From: Chthoniobacterales bacterium
GTDB lineage: Bacteria > Verrucomicrobiota > Verrucomicrobiia > Chthoniobacterales > JAFAMB01
NCBI GenBank assembly: GCA_051984705.1
Contig: JBPYFC010000264.1
Coordinates: 1-25,743 of the forward strand
Direction of reading: 5' to 3'
Length of the DNA: 25,743 nt
Translations under genes and position numbers: made by a program
The notes under the pieces: generated by a model
The model's input: the letters and a program-made list of their open reading frames with translations, nothing else
What the model was told of the DNA's origin: nothing
Databases searched by the model: none
In this document: positions 1 to 7,779 of the stretch, one piece after another
Numbering within the stretch: position 1 is the stretch's first letter
Layout of the letters: the number at the start of each line of letters is the position of its first letter

Positions 1-54
1 TAGCCGATAGCGCGAAGAGAGGGTTTCGGTGGAAAAAGCGGGAGTAGTGATGTT

Positions 55-173
55 GTATCGGCGTATCTGCGTGTCGGCGTATCCGTAAACTTCTAGTCGC
101 CTCGGTTCGCCGCTACTCCCATACGCCGATACGCCGATACGCCGACACGCCGACACGCCCATACGCCGATACC
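55..173. repeat. Octamer tandem array CC[G/C]A[T/C]ACG with an inverted partner array
   Basis: Seven 8-nt units at 118-173 (cccatacg, ccgatacg x2, ccgacacg x2, cccatacg, ccgatacc). About four reverse-complement units at 55-85 (gtatcggc gtatctgc gtgtcggc gtatccg). Lies immediately downstream of the mutL stop. Confidence 0.9.
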
Positions 174-178
174 TCACC

Positions 179-2017
179 CTACACCTTCCTTCCAAACTTC
201 TTCTCCAGTTCCCCATAATTGATCTGGATCATGGTGGGCCGGCCGTGCGGACAACAGTACGGAAGTTCGCACGAGAGCAGATCCTGAATCAGCTTTTCCA
301 CTTCGGGAAGCCGCAGATCATCGTTCGCTTTGATGGCATGACGGCAAACCGTTTTTGCAATCACATCTTCACCCATTCTAAGTCGAGAGGTCGTTGTTGT
401 CATCGAGCGCAACTCGTCGACCAGTTGTCTGACCGCCATTGAAGGATCCTCTGTCCGGAAGAACTGCGGGATCCCATCTATTTTCAGAGTTGATTCACCA
501 AAAGGCTCCATGACGAAGCCCATCTTCTCGAGAGCGGGCGCGTTGCTAGTGATCCAATCATAGTCTTTCGGGGTGACCTGAACAGTGAGCGGAATCAGGA
601 GGCGCTGAACCGGTACACCGCCCTGCTCCATTTGGCGCCGCAACCTCTCGAAAAGAATTCGCTCATGCGCGGCGTGTTGATCGACCAGGACCAGGCCCTC
701 CTGATTCTCCATCAGCACGTATAGCTTGCCGAGTACGCCGAGGATTCGGAATTGTAGATCGGACCCGACTGCCAGCGCAGATGAATGGCCCTCTATCTCC
801 GCCGCGGCGTGGCTCTTCAGCGCCGTCGGCTCTTTCCATTCAGCGGAATGCGTTACCGCAGGATCCGTTACGGGCGATGCTGGCGAATAGAATTCTGACC
901 AGTCGCGACGCAGCGCAAACTGTTCGGTTCTCGGAATCAGCGAAGGATCATCTGCGGCGGCGGTCGCGGTGGGACTTACCGGTGCGACTGCGGAAGGCAT
1001 GTGAAACGTCTGGGTCCAGCGACCGCGATCGCTCTCCAAGCTCTTGCGAATACCTTCAGCAACCGCATCTCGAACTCTATCCGGCTCACGAAATCGCACC
1101 TCGCGCTTGGCTGGGTGTACATTGACGTCTACGGCCTCGCGATCCATCTCCAGAAAAAGGAGCGTAACCGCATATTGACCCTTCATCAGCGCTGTGTGGT
1201 AGCCTTCCCGGATTCCGTGCTGGATCGTAATGTTCTCGATCGGACGGCCGTTGACGAAAATGATTTGCTCCGCTCGCGTTGAGCGACTGATTCCTGCCTT
1301 TCCGATGAATCCGGACACACTAATCCCACCGATCGAGACCGCCTCTATTTCCAGGAGCTGTCCAACGAAATCAGATCCACGTAGGTCACGAACCCTGTCC
1401 CAAAGCCTCTTGGCGGGCGGTGCTTGGAACACCGTGTTCTGATCCCGTACAAAAACAAAACCGAGTCGCGGATGACCAATCGCCTGCAGCAACAACTGGT
1501 GTTGAATATGGCTCGTTTCTGTGTTGTCAGTTCGTAGAAATTTTCTGCGCGCCGGCAAATTGTAAAACCATGAGCGCGCTTCGATAAGTGTTCCAGGCGC
1601 TTCGCCAGATGACCGTACCGAATCGATCTTGCCGCCATTCACCAGAATCTCCGTGCCTTCCAAAGCATCGCGCGGTCGCGTTGCCATACGAAATCGGGAT
1701 ACGCTGGCGATGCTCGGCAAAGCTTCTCCCCGGAATCCGAGCGTCGCGATTCTGGAGAGGTCCTGGCCGGTCCGAATTTTGCTTGTGGCGTGCCGTTCGA
1801 GACTGAGCAGCGCATCGTCTCGGTCCATGCCAATGCCGTTATCGACCACGCGAATCACCGACATGCCACCACGGCCTATCGCCACCTCGATGCGGTCTGC
1901 TTCCGCATCAATGCTGTTCTCCACCAATTCCTTCACCACTGACGCAGGCCGTTCTACAACCTCGCCTGCCGCAACCTGACTTGCGACTTCGTCTGGCAAA
2001 AGAACTATTCGCCCCAT
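179..2017 (-). CDS. mutL: DNA mismatch repair endonuclease MutL
   Basis: GHKL ATPase motifs (GEVVERPASVVKELVENSIDA, DNGIGM, HATSKI, TLGFRGEALPSI), DVNVHPAKREVRF, C-terminal endonuclease motif DQHAAHERILFE, CPHGRP, and clamp-binding-like QRLLIP. Confidence 0.98.
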   Translation of the reverse strand: MGRIVLLPDEVASQVAAGEVVERPASVVKELVENSIDAEADRIEVAIGRGGMSVIRVVDNGIGMDRDDALLSLERHATSKIRTGQDLSRIATLGFRGEALPSIASVSRFRMATRPRDALEGTEILVNGGKIDSVRSSGEAPGTLIEARSWFYNLPARRKFLRTDNTETSHIQHQLLLQAIGHPRLGFVFVRDQNTVFQAPPAKRLWDRVRDLRGSDFVGQLLEIEAVSIGGISVSGFIGKAGISRSTRAEQIIFVNGRPIENITIQHGIREGYHTALMKGQYAVTLLFLEMDREAVDVNVHPAKREVRFREPDRVRDAVAEGIRKSLESDRGRWTQTFHMPSAVAPVSPTATAAADDPSLIPRTEQFALRRDWSEFYSPASPVTDPAVTHSAEWKEPTALKSHAAAEIEGHSSALAVGSDLQFRILGVLGKLYVLMENQEGLVLVDQHAAHERILFERLRRQMEQGGVPVQRLLIPLTVQVTPKDYDWITSNAPALEKMGFVMEPFGESTLKIDGIPQFFRTEDPSMAVRQLVDELRSMTTTTSRLRMGEDVIAKTVCRHAIKANDDLRLPEVEKLIQDLLSCELPYCCPHGRPTMIQINYGELEKKFGRKV

Positions 2018-2024
2018 GGCGGTA

Positions 2025-2030
2025 AGGATA
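2025..2030 (-). promoter_or_regulatory. Candidate -10 hexamer (TATCCT) for mutL, 7 nt upstream of the ATG
   Basis: Minus strand reads TATCCT-taccgcc-ATG. Matches 4/6 to TATAAT including -12T, -11A, -7T. No good -35 and no SD. Confidence 0.3.
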
Positions 2031-2120
2031 CAGGAGACAGGAGAAAGAATACAGAAGTTCTAGGGGGACCGTGCTCCTTGTTCCGTATTCTGTATTCCGT
2101 ATTCCGTATTCTGTATCCTA
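2026..2120. repeat. Heptamer tandem array TTC[C/T]GTA with a degenerate inverted partner
   Basis: Five units at 2081-2115 (ttccgta ttctgta ttccgta ttccgta ttctgta). Inverted degenerate units at about 2026-2056 (gatacag gagacag gagaaag aatacag). Located in the divergent mutL/iscA-like intergenic region. Confidence 0.88.
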
Positions 2121-2137
2121 GCGCTTTCGGCGCTGGT

Positions 2138-2166
2138 TTGACTTTCTCGGTCGGTGTCGGTTAATT
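2138..2166 (+). promoter_or_regulatory. Candidate sigma70 promoter for the Fe-S carrier gene
   Basis: TTGACT (2138-2143, 5/6) then 17 nt then TTAATT (2161-2166). The -10 is only 3/6 and lacks the -11A. The ATG follows after 9 nt with no SD. Confidence 0.4.
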
Positions 2167-2175
2167 GAGATTGGG

Positions 2176-2514
2176 ATGATCACTGTCACAGAATCTGCCA
2201 TTCGCCAGCTGCGGTCGCTCGTTGCGGACAACGCCGGCTACCGAGGCAAAGGGCTGCGAATCTTTGTCGAGACCGGAGGTTGCGCCGGGATGCAGTATGG
2301 TATGCAATTCGACCACGCCAAGGAAGGCGATCTTCATATCCAACGAGAAGGTGTAGAAGTATTGATCGATGCGTACAGCTCAGAATTCCTGAAAGATGCG
2401 ACGATCGATTTCACTGACGGCTTAACGGGTGCCGGATTTAAGATCACGAACCCAAACGCTACTCGGAGCTGCGGTTGCGGCAGCTCGTTTGAAATGTCCC
2501 GTGAGAGCCGCTGA
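2176..2514 (+). CDS. A-type iron-sulfur cluster carrier (HesB/IscA/ErpA/SufA family)
   Basis: 112 aa. MITVTESA start, GGCAGMQY first Cys, GFKITNPNA and C-terminal CGCG motif. The paralog subtype cannot be resolved by eye. Confidence 0.95.
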   Translation: MITVTESAIRQLRSLVADNAGYRGKGLRIFVETGGCAGMQYGMQFDHAKEGDLHIQREGVEVLIDAYSSEFLKDATIDFTDGLTGAGFKITNPNATRSCGCGSSFEMSRESR

Positions 2515-3988
2515 GGTCGCACGCTCGAGCAGAAAACCGCACCTGGAACCAGAGAGCGATAACCTCTTCGGGTGGATTGTCTTTATTCTGTTGTTGTGTG
2601 GCATCGCAGTCGCGTGCTGGATTGGCACCTTCTACATTTTTACTCACCCGGAGGAACCATTTGATTACCAGCTCCTTTCGAAACTGCACAAACTCGATCC
2701 GCCTAAACGATTCGAATTGACGGCAGCACCGGCTGGCGAATTTCTTCCTCCCGACAAATTGCTAGCTAGATATGGTGCGCTGACTGAGACACAGCTCAAC
2801 GAGGAGAGCAAGCAGCTGCTACGGTCGTATCTCAGAAATTATGACCATCAGGTCGGCAAGGTTTCTTACGCAACTGGCAAGTTCACGATCCTCGATAGTT
2901 ATCCTCTAGGCGACCGCAAGTTCATGGATTCCGGAATGGTCGTGATAGCCCAATCCGCGGATATTCCGACTATATTCATTGAGCACCTGTTTCCCGCTGG
3001 TCCAGACCACCGGAAGGCGGTGCAAAAGACTTTGACCACCGGGCTTGGGATTGAGTTGAGGCGATCCTTCGATTTGTCCGCGCTGATTCACGTAGAAAAT
3101 CTTGGCAACAGCCGGCTGCTCTTCACGTGCGTTCCTCTTTTGTACGGGCCATACGGCACAACGGAAAGCGGTTCGGGATTTCAACTTGATCCACCAAAAG
3201 CCCTTAACCTGAAAGCGGGCTTACCGGTGGTTTCGCAAAGCCAGATCCGTGACGCGGAACAGCGCTACGCCCAATACCGAAAAGCAATGGGGGGTTCCCA
3301 GGTCGCGTCTGCGAACAAGAACACCAAACCCGCACCCAGCCTGATCGGTTCAGAGCCAACACCGACTCCAACGCCAATCGCCAAAGCGACTCCGGTGATG
3401 CCGCTGCCAAAATCGGGAGGAAAGCTTTCCGGAAAACAGTTAGCGGCTAATGCCGCCGGATCTGTTCAGCCGGCCGCTTTAGCGCCATCGCGCCCACCGA
3501 AGTCTGCCTCTCCACAACAGGCACCGGCCGCAACGCCAGCACCTTCATTCGCAGCCGTGTCGACGACTACTCCTCACCTGCAACCTTTCCTCACGGCCTC
3601 CCCTACTCCCGCCACGACCGGTGGGGTGGGATCCTGGCAGATCTATCGGCCTAGCCAGATGCCTCGTGGCCGATTGGTTGATGTCGATCAGAGCGTTGAC
3701 CTGGCCGATAAAGGCGTGGGTGGAGATCCAATTTATCTTCGTGGAGGATTCGTGGTTACAGCTTCGAAAGACAATCGCGCTGTGCTTCGCCCACAACAAT
3801 CCTTGACGGACCGCGTGTTGAATCGAAGAAACGCCCGTGTCATCGCTGAATTCCCGAGCGGGGTGCCGACACCGCAAATCGGCCAGAATTTCCAGCGCGG
3901 TGCCGAGCGCCCCTTCCAGATTGTTGATGTACGAAAAGGGGCCGACGGCCAGGTCAACATTTACGTCCGCGAGATCACTAGCGAGTAG
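2501..3988 (+). CDS. Hypothetical bitopic membrane protein with a Pro/Ala/Thr-rich linker
   Basis: Long ORF (track 2429-3988). The start is uncertain; GTG at 2501, a 14-nt overlap with the upstream gene, is more plausible than an 86-nt overlap. One hydrophobic helix (FGWIVFILLLCGIAVACWIGTFYIF), a globular domain, a low-complexity linker at about 3300-3625, and a roughly 120-aa C-terminal domain. Confidence 0.8.
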   Translation: MRAAEVARSSRKPHLEPESDNLFGWIVFILLLCGIAVACWIGTFYIFTHPEEPFDYQLLSKLHKLDPPKRFELTAAPAGEFLPPDKLLARYGALTETQLNEESKQLLRSYLRNYDHQVGKVSYATGKFTILDSYPLGDRKFMDSGMVVIAQSADIPTIFIEHLFPAGPDHRKAVQKTLTTGLGIELRRSFDLSALIHVENLGNSRLLFTCVPLLYGPYGTTESGSGFQLDPPKALNLKAGLPVVSQSQIRDAEQRYAQYRKAMGGSQVASANKNTKPAPSLIGSEPTPTPTPIAKATPVMPLPKSGGKLSGKQLAANAAGSVQPAALAPSRPPKSASPQQAPAATPAPSFAAVSTTTPHLQPFLTASPTPATTGGVGSWQIYRPSQMPRGRLVDVDQSVDLADKGVGGDPIYLRGGFVVTASKDNRAVLRPQQSLTDRVLNRRNARVIAEFPSGVPTPQIGQNFQRGAERPFQIVDVRKGADGQVNIYVREITSE

Positions 3989-3993
3989 TCCAA

Positions 3994-4028
3994 AACTCGG
4001 AACTAGAAACGCGGAACCCGGAACCCTT
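3994..4028. repeat. Heptamer tandem array with AAC-N4 units between convergent genes
   Basis: aactcgg aactaga aacgcgg aacccgg aaccctt, i.e. five in-register 7-mers. The last one runs into the stop codon of the cysJ-like gene. Confidence 0.7.
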
Positions 4029-5178
4029 AGTACACATCCCGCTTGTAGCGCTTCGATTTTTTCAGCGCTTCGACATATTCGGCAGCCGCTTCTGGCGTCT
4101 TACCCCCCTCTTTCTCGATGATTTGATGCAAAGCCAGATCGACGTCCTTGGCCATTCGGGCCGCGTCGCCGCAAACGTAAAAATGGGCGCCTTCCTCAAG
4201 CCAGGCAAAGAGATCTTTCCCATTTTCCAACATGCGATGTTGCACGTAGATCTTGTACGCCTGATCCCGAGAAAAGGCCGTGTTGAACCGAGTCAGTATC
4301 CCCTCTTTTTGGAAGGCCTCAAACTCATCCTGGTAAAAGAAATCGGACTTCTTGCGTTGCTCGCCAAAGAAAAGCCAGTTTTTTCCAGTAGCGCCAACTG
4401 CTTTTCTTTCTTGCAGATAAGCACGGAACGGAGCGATCCCGGTTCCGGGTCCCACCATGATGATCGGGGTAGAATTATCCTCGGGCAGCCGGAATCCTTT
4501 CGCTACATGGACAAACATCGGAACGTGCGCGCCGCCGTTGATACGGTCAGCCAAATAGGTCGACGCTACACCCTTCCTTTTGCGGCCGTGGCTTTCGTAC
4601 CGAACCGTAACGATGATAAAATGCACCTGGTCCTGGAACCCTTTCAGGCTGGAAGCAACTGAATAGAGCCGCGGTTGCAGTTTCCTCAGCGTCAGCACAA
4701 GCTCGTCGGGCGTAAAATGGATCGAAGGCCGATCCACTAGGAAATCGATCAGCTCGAGTCCCCAGAGGCATTTGTCCAGCTCCTGCTTTCTCTCCGGCTG
4801 TAGAAGCGCTTTCAGATCCTCTTCGCCGGGCGATTTGTTTACAATCGCCTCCACGAATTGCTTAGAGGGCTGCGTGATAACGAAATGTCTAAGCAGTCCT
4901 TCCCGGATCGAGAAGGTCTCGCCCTCCTTGTTTGTTACCTTTTCGTCGCCGGTGAAATGAAGCGCGTGCAGGAGCTCCTCTACCAAAGCAGGATCATTTT
5001 GAGGAAAGACCCCCATGGAATCGCCGACCTCGTACTGGAGTCTCGATCCGGCCAGAGAAAATTCGTAGTGAACCGTTTCCTTTTCCGAACCTTCAAGATT
5101 CAGTCGTCTTCGCGTTAACAGTTTCGACGGGAACGGATTTTTTCGTGAGTATGGTGGGCTAGCCGGTGCTTCTGACAT
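4027..5178 (-). CDS. CysJ-like FAD/NADPH oxidoreductase (sulfite reductase flavoprotein family) lacking the N-terminal flavodoxin domain
   Basis: YSRKNPF start of the FAD domain, RLYSVASS, G.AS..L, MVGPGTGIAPFR, WLFFGEQ, AFSRDQ.KIYVQ, YVCGDA.RMAKDV and C-terminal RYKRDVY. Only 383 aa with no FMN-binding flavodoxin motif. Confidence 0.9.
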   Translation of the reverse strand: MSEAPASPPYSRKNPFPSKLLTRRRLNLEGSEKETVHYEFSLAGSRLQYEVGDSMGVFPQNDPALVEELLHALHFTGDEKVTNKEGETFSIREGLLRHFVITQPSKQFVEAIVNKSPGEEDLKALLQPERKQELDKCLWGLELIDFLVDRPSIHFTPDELVLTLRKLQPRLYSVASSLKGFQDQVHFIIVTVRYESHGRKRKGVASTYLADRINGGAHVPMFVHVAKGFRLPEDNSTPIIMVGPGTGIAPFRAYLQERKAVGATGKNWLFFGEQRKKSDFFYQDEFEAFQKEGILTRFNTAFSRDQAYKIYVQHRMLENGKDLFAWLEEGAHFYVCGDAARMAKDVDLALHQIIEKEGGKTPEAAAEYVEALKKSKRYKRDVY

Positions 5179-5187
5179 AAACTTGGG

Positions 5188-5215
5188 AAGGTATTTGGAG
5201 ATCGGAAGCGATCAA
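5188..5215 (-). promoter_or_regulatory. Weak candidate sigma70 promoter for the cysJ-like gene
   Basis: Minus strand: TTGATC, 16 nt, TACCTT, 9 nt, ATG. Confidence 0.25.
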
Positions 5216-5263
5216 GGGAGAATAGCGAAACCTAGAAACCACAGGTCCACACGGCCGCCTTCT

Positions 5264-5321
5264 GTCCTCGTCCTCCTCCTCTTCCTCGTCCTCGAGATCG
5301 AGAGCGAGAACGAGGAAGAGG
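5264..5321. repeat. Hexamer array (GTCCTC)n with inverted (GAGRAN)n forming a hairpin
   Basis: gtcctc gtcctc ctcctc ttcctc gtcctc, followed by gagagc gagaac gaggaa gagg. Perfect 12-bp pairing of 5278-5289 (cctcttcctcgt) with 5310-5321 (acgaggaagagg). Confidence 0.85.
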
Positions 5322-5361
5322 CATTATAGATCCCCGGGGCACTGTTTAATCTGCGGTTCCT

Positions 5362-6306
5362 TTACTTACCCACTTTCACTAGCGGATTAAGAAGGTCCTC
5401 AACGCTCACAACTCCAACCATTTTGCCGCTCGGGTCTACGACGGCCGCAAGATTATGCGGCGAGGCACGTAGCCGCCGTAAAGCGGCAAAGGCCTGTTCG
5501 CCGGTTTGAATTATCGCGATACGACGCAAATGGTCTCCGGCCTTGCCTGAGGGGGATCGATCCATAATGAAGTCAAAGACGTTCACGAGTCCGAGCGTTC
5601 TCCTGCCCGTGTCGACAATGGGAAAATTATCAATTAATAACTTGCGCGTGAGTTCTTTGAGTTCCTCTACCGTTGTGCTTGCTTGAACGGTTACAGCTCG
5701 CTCCAGAGGCACCATCACGTCGCGTACCTTCACGTTTCGGAAATCCACAACATTGTGAATCATCTGACGCTCAATACTGCTGAGCGCACCGGTTCGCTCG
5801 ATTTCGGTCGTGACATATTTCAGATCCTCCCGAGCAACCAGGATCTGTCGGGGCCGCTTCAGGCGAAGCAGCTTTCTTGCGACCCAGCCGCCCAGCCATG
5901 TCACTGGCATCAGGATACGAGAAACCCCATCCAAAAGAATCGCTACGGAGGCAAGCGCCGAGTAAGGCAATCGCCGAAAAACCGATTTTGGCAAAAGCTC
6001 CACTACGAATAGAAATAGCGGTAGCGCCACCGCTAGAGTGATTGGATAACCCATCAGGCCGAACCAGCCGACCAGCCTTTGAGCTAGAAGAACCAGTGCC
6101 GTGATATTCAATAAACTGGTCACGACAAGAACCGTAACCAGTAAACGAGCCGGTTGCTCAATCAGCTCTTGAAGCTGCGCCGCGGCCCGATCTTTTCGCC
6201 GGGCGAGCCGTCGGATTCGCAGGCGATTGAGCGAGAGTATGCCGGCCTCAGTTCCAGAAAACAGGAAAGAAATCAGCAGGCAGAATAATAACGCGATCCA
6301 TGTCAT
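5362..6306 (-). CDS. CNNM/DUF21 plus CBS-pair membrane protein (hemolysin/CorB-like), short form
   Basis: SFLFSGTEAGILSL, VVELLPKSV, E.G.LS..E..MI.NV.DF....V.DVMVP, and CBS-type AAVVDPSGKMVGVVSVEDLL. Ends without a CorC_HlyC domain. Confidence 0.92.
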   Translation of the reverse strand: MTWIALLFCLLISFLFSGTEAGILSLNRLRIRRLARRKDRAAAQLQELIEQPARLLVTVLVVTSLLNITALVLLAQRLVGWFGLMGYPITLAVALPLFLFVVELLPKSVFRRLPYSALASVAILLDGVSRILMPVTWLGGWVARKLLRLKRPRQILVAREDLKYVTTEIERTGALSSIERQMIHNVVDFRNVKVRDVMVPLERAVTVQASTTVEELKELTRKLLIDNFPIVDTGRRTLGLVNVFDFIMDRSPSGKAGDHLRRIAIIQTGEQAFAALRRLRASPHNLAAVVDPSGKMVGVVSVEDLLNPLVKVGK

Positions 6307-7565
6307 CAGTCTGCGCCCCTCCTTTTCGTAATGAGCACTTCAGTTACCCGTTTGCGACTACTCTGGCGGATTTCGAGTCGCAGAGGATCCATCTCAAGAG
6401 TCGCTCCAGGCCTTGGCACATACCCCAATTGAGTAAAAATCAGGCCTCCAATTGTATCCAGACCTTCCCGTTCTAGTGCCACACCGGTGATCTCGCTGAG
6501 ATCATCCAGGCGCGCATTTCCACTGGCGATCCACGTGCCGTCGCCGATCTCCTCGATTGTGAGAGATTCACCACCTCGAGGAACTGCGTCTTCGATAATT
6601 TCTTCGGCAATATCGTTGAATGTAACAATGCCTTCGGTACCCCCAAACTCGTCGACCACAATCGCCAAGCGCTGAGGATGAGTCAGAAACGCCCGAAGCA
6701 GGTCGAGCGCTCTCATTGTTTCAGGTACAAACGAGGGTGCTTCCAGATGCTCAGTGTAATGCTCTTGATGATCCAACAGGAACTTTTTTACATCGAGAAT
6801 ACCGAGTATTTCGTCCGGGCTGTCACCGTACACCGGCACCCTTCCGTGGCGCTTGAGACTGGCCTGCTGAATCACTGTTTCGTTTGAAAGAGTGTCCGGT
6901 ATCGTAAAGGCGTCGACACGAGGTGTCATGCAATCCTTCACAGTCTTGTCTCCGAGTTTGATGATCTCGCCAATCATCTCTCGTTCGTCGGGACTGAGTT
7001 GACCTTCTTCGACGCCTAGTTCTACCAGAGTGACCAGCTCATCATCGCTTAGCCGATCCTGCGGCACAGGATTTTCCTTTGCGAACAAGTCCGCAACCTT
7101 CTCGGCAAGTCGTTGTGACGATCGCGTAAACGGTCCGAGAATCGGCAGCAAAATTCTTAGCGTCCGGATGGCGGTTTTCGAAAATCGAAAAGGGTCCGCC
7201 AGGGCGAGCATTTTTGGAAGGATGTCACAGATGACAATAATTAATCCAAAGATCGCCAGCGCCTTTAGCCAGTCGGGCAAAGCGGATGAAACAGAATGCA
7301 CGAAAGCCCAGGCCAGAAGGATGAGTGGAATATTGATCAGGGTATCGGTAAGCAAAATCACGCTGAGGACTCCACGCCGATCGACCATCAGTTTTTCAAA
7401 TTGCTCGGCGGTCATGGCATCCCGTTCCTTCCATCGGCGGATCTGGAAGCCGGTGATCGAAAAAAGTGCTGTCTCCATGCCAGACACAAAAGCGGAAACC
7501 GCGGCTAGAAGAATCAGAATCAGCAGCATCGAGACCATTACGGTAGCCGTCTCCAACAAAAGCAC
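6306..7565 (-). CDS. CNNM/DUF21 plus CBS-pair plus CorC_HlyC membrane protein (HlyC/CorC family Mg2+ transporter-like)
   Basis: SAFVSGMETALFS, CDILPK, E.EMI..I..LGDKTVKDCMTPR, RVPVY, LAIVVDEFGGTEGIVTFNDIAEEII and C-terminal DTIGGLIF..LG.VP. The GTG start is uncertain because ATGs lie 9 and 12 codons later. The stop overlaps the next start (TGATG). Confidence 0.95.
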   Translation of the reverse strand: MLLLETATVMVSMLLILILLAAVSAFVSGMETALFSITGFQIRRWKERDAMTAEQFEKLMVDRRGVLSVILLTDTLINIPLILLAWAFVHSVSSALPDWLKALAIFGLIIVICDILPKMLALADPFRFSKTAIRTLRILLPILGPFTRSSQRLAEKVADLFAKENPVPQDRLSDDELVTLVELGVEEGQLSPDEREMIGEIIKLGDKTVKDCMTPRVDAFTIPDTLSNETVIQQASLKRHGRVPVYGDSPDEILGILDVKKFLLDHQEHYTEHLEAPSFVPETMRALDLLRAFLTHPQRLAIVVDEFGGTEGIVTFNDIAEEIIEDAVPRGGESLTIEEIGDGTWIASGNARLDDLSEITGVALEREGLDTIGGLIFTQLGYVPRPGATLEMDPLRLEIRQSSRKRVTEVLITKRRGAD

Positions 7566-7604
7566 TCAAGCAATCTTGTAGGGCGGCATCGTTGTTAACA
7601 TCCC

Positions 7605-7712
7605 GAGGTCTGCCCCCTTCAGGGCGGATTGTTGATGGCGCACCAACCCAGGGCTTCAGCCCTGGGTCCAGATATCGCCGACGACTCGCTCTGAAAAGCG
7701 CGGCAGATCCCC
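7605..7712. repeat. REP/REPIN-like palindromic element
   Basis: Perfect central hairpin acccagggc-ttca-gccctgggt (7646-7667). It is flanked by inverted degenerate arms tctgcccccttcagggcg (7610-7626) and cgctctgaaaagcgcggcaga (7688-7707). Confidence 0.7.
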
Positions 7713-7779
7713 AGGCGCGCGTAGCAAAATTTCAGGTTGAACGCCAGCGTCAACGCCCGACAATTCGAGTTGTTGTCTC

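Noticed and set aside
55-173. Possible CRISPR array or iteron set
   Set aside because: The units are 8 nt and contiguous with no unique spacers, and there are no cas or rep genes.
5362-7565. Idea that the CBS proteins are c-di-AMP receptors linked to cdaA
   Set aside because: They are standard CNNM/CorB-type CBS pairs about 15 kb away; nothing in the sequence supports the link.
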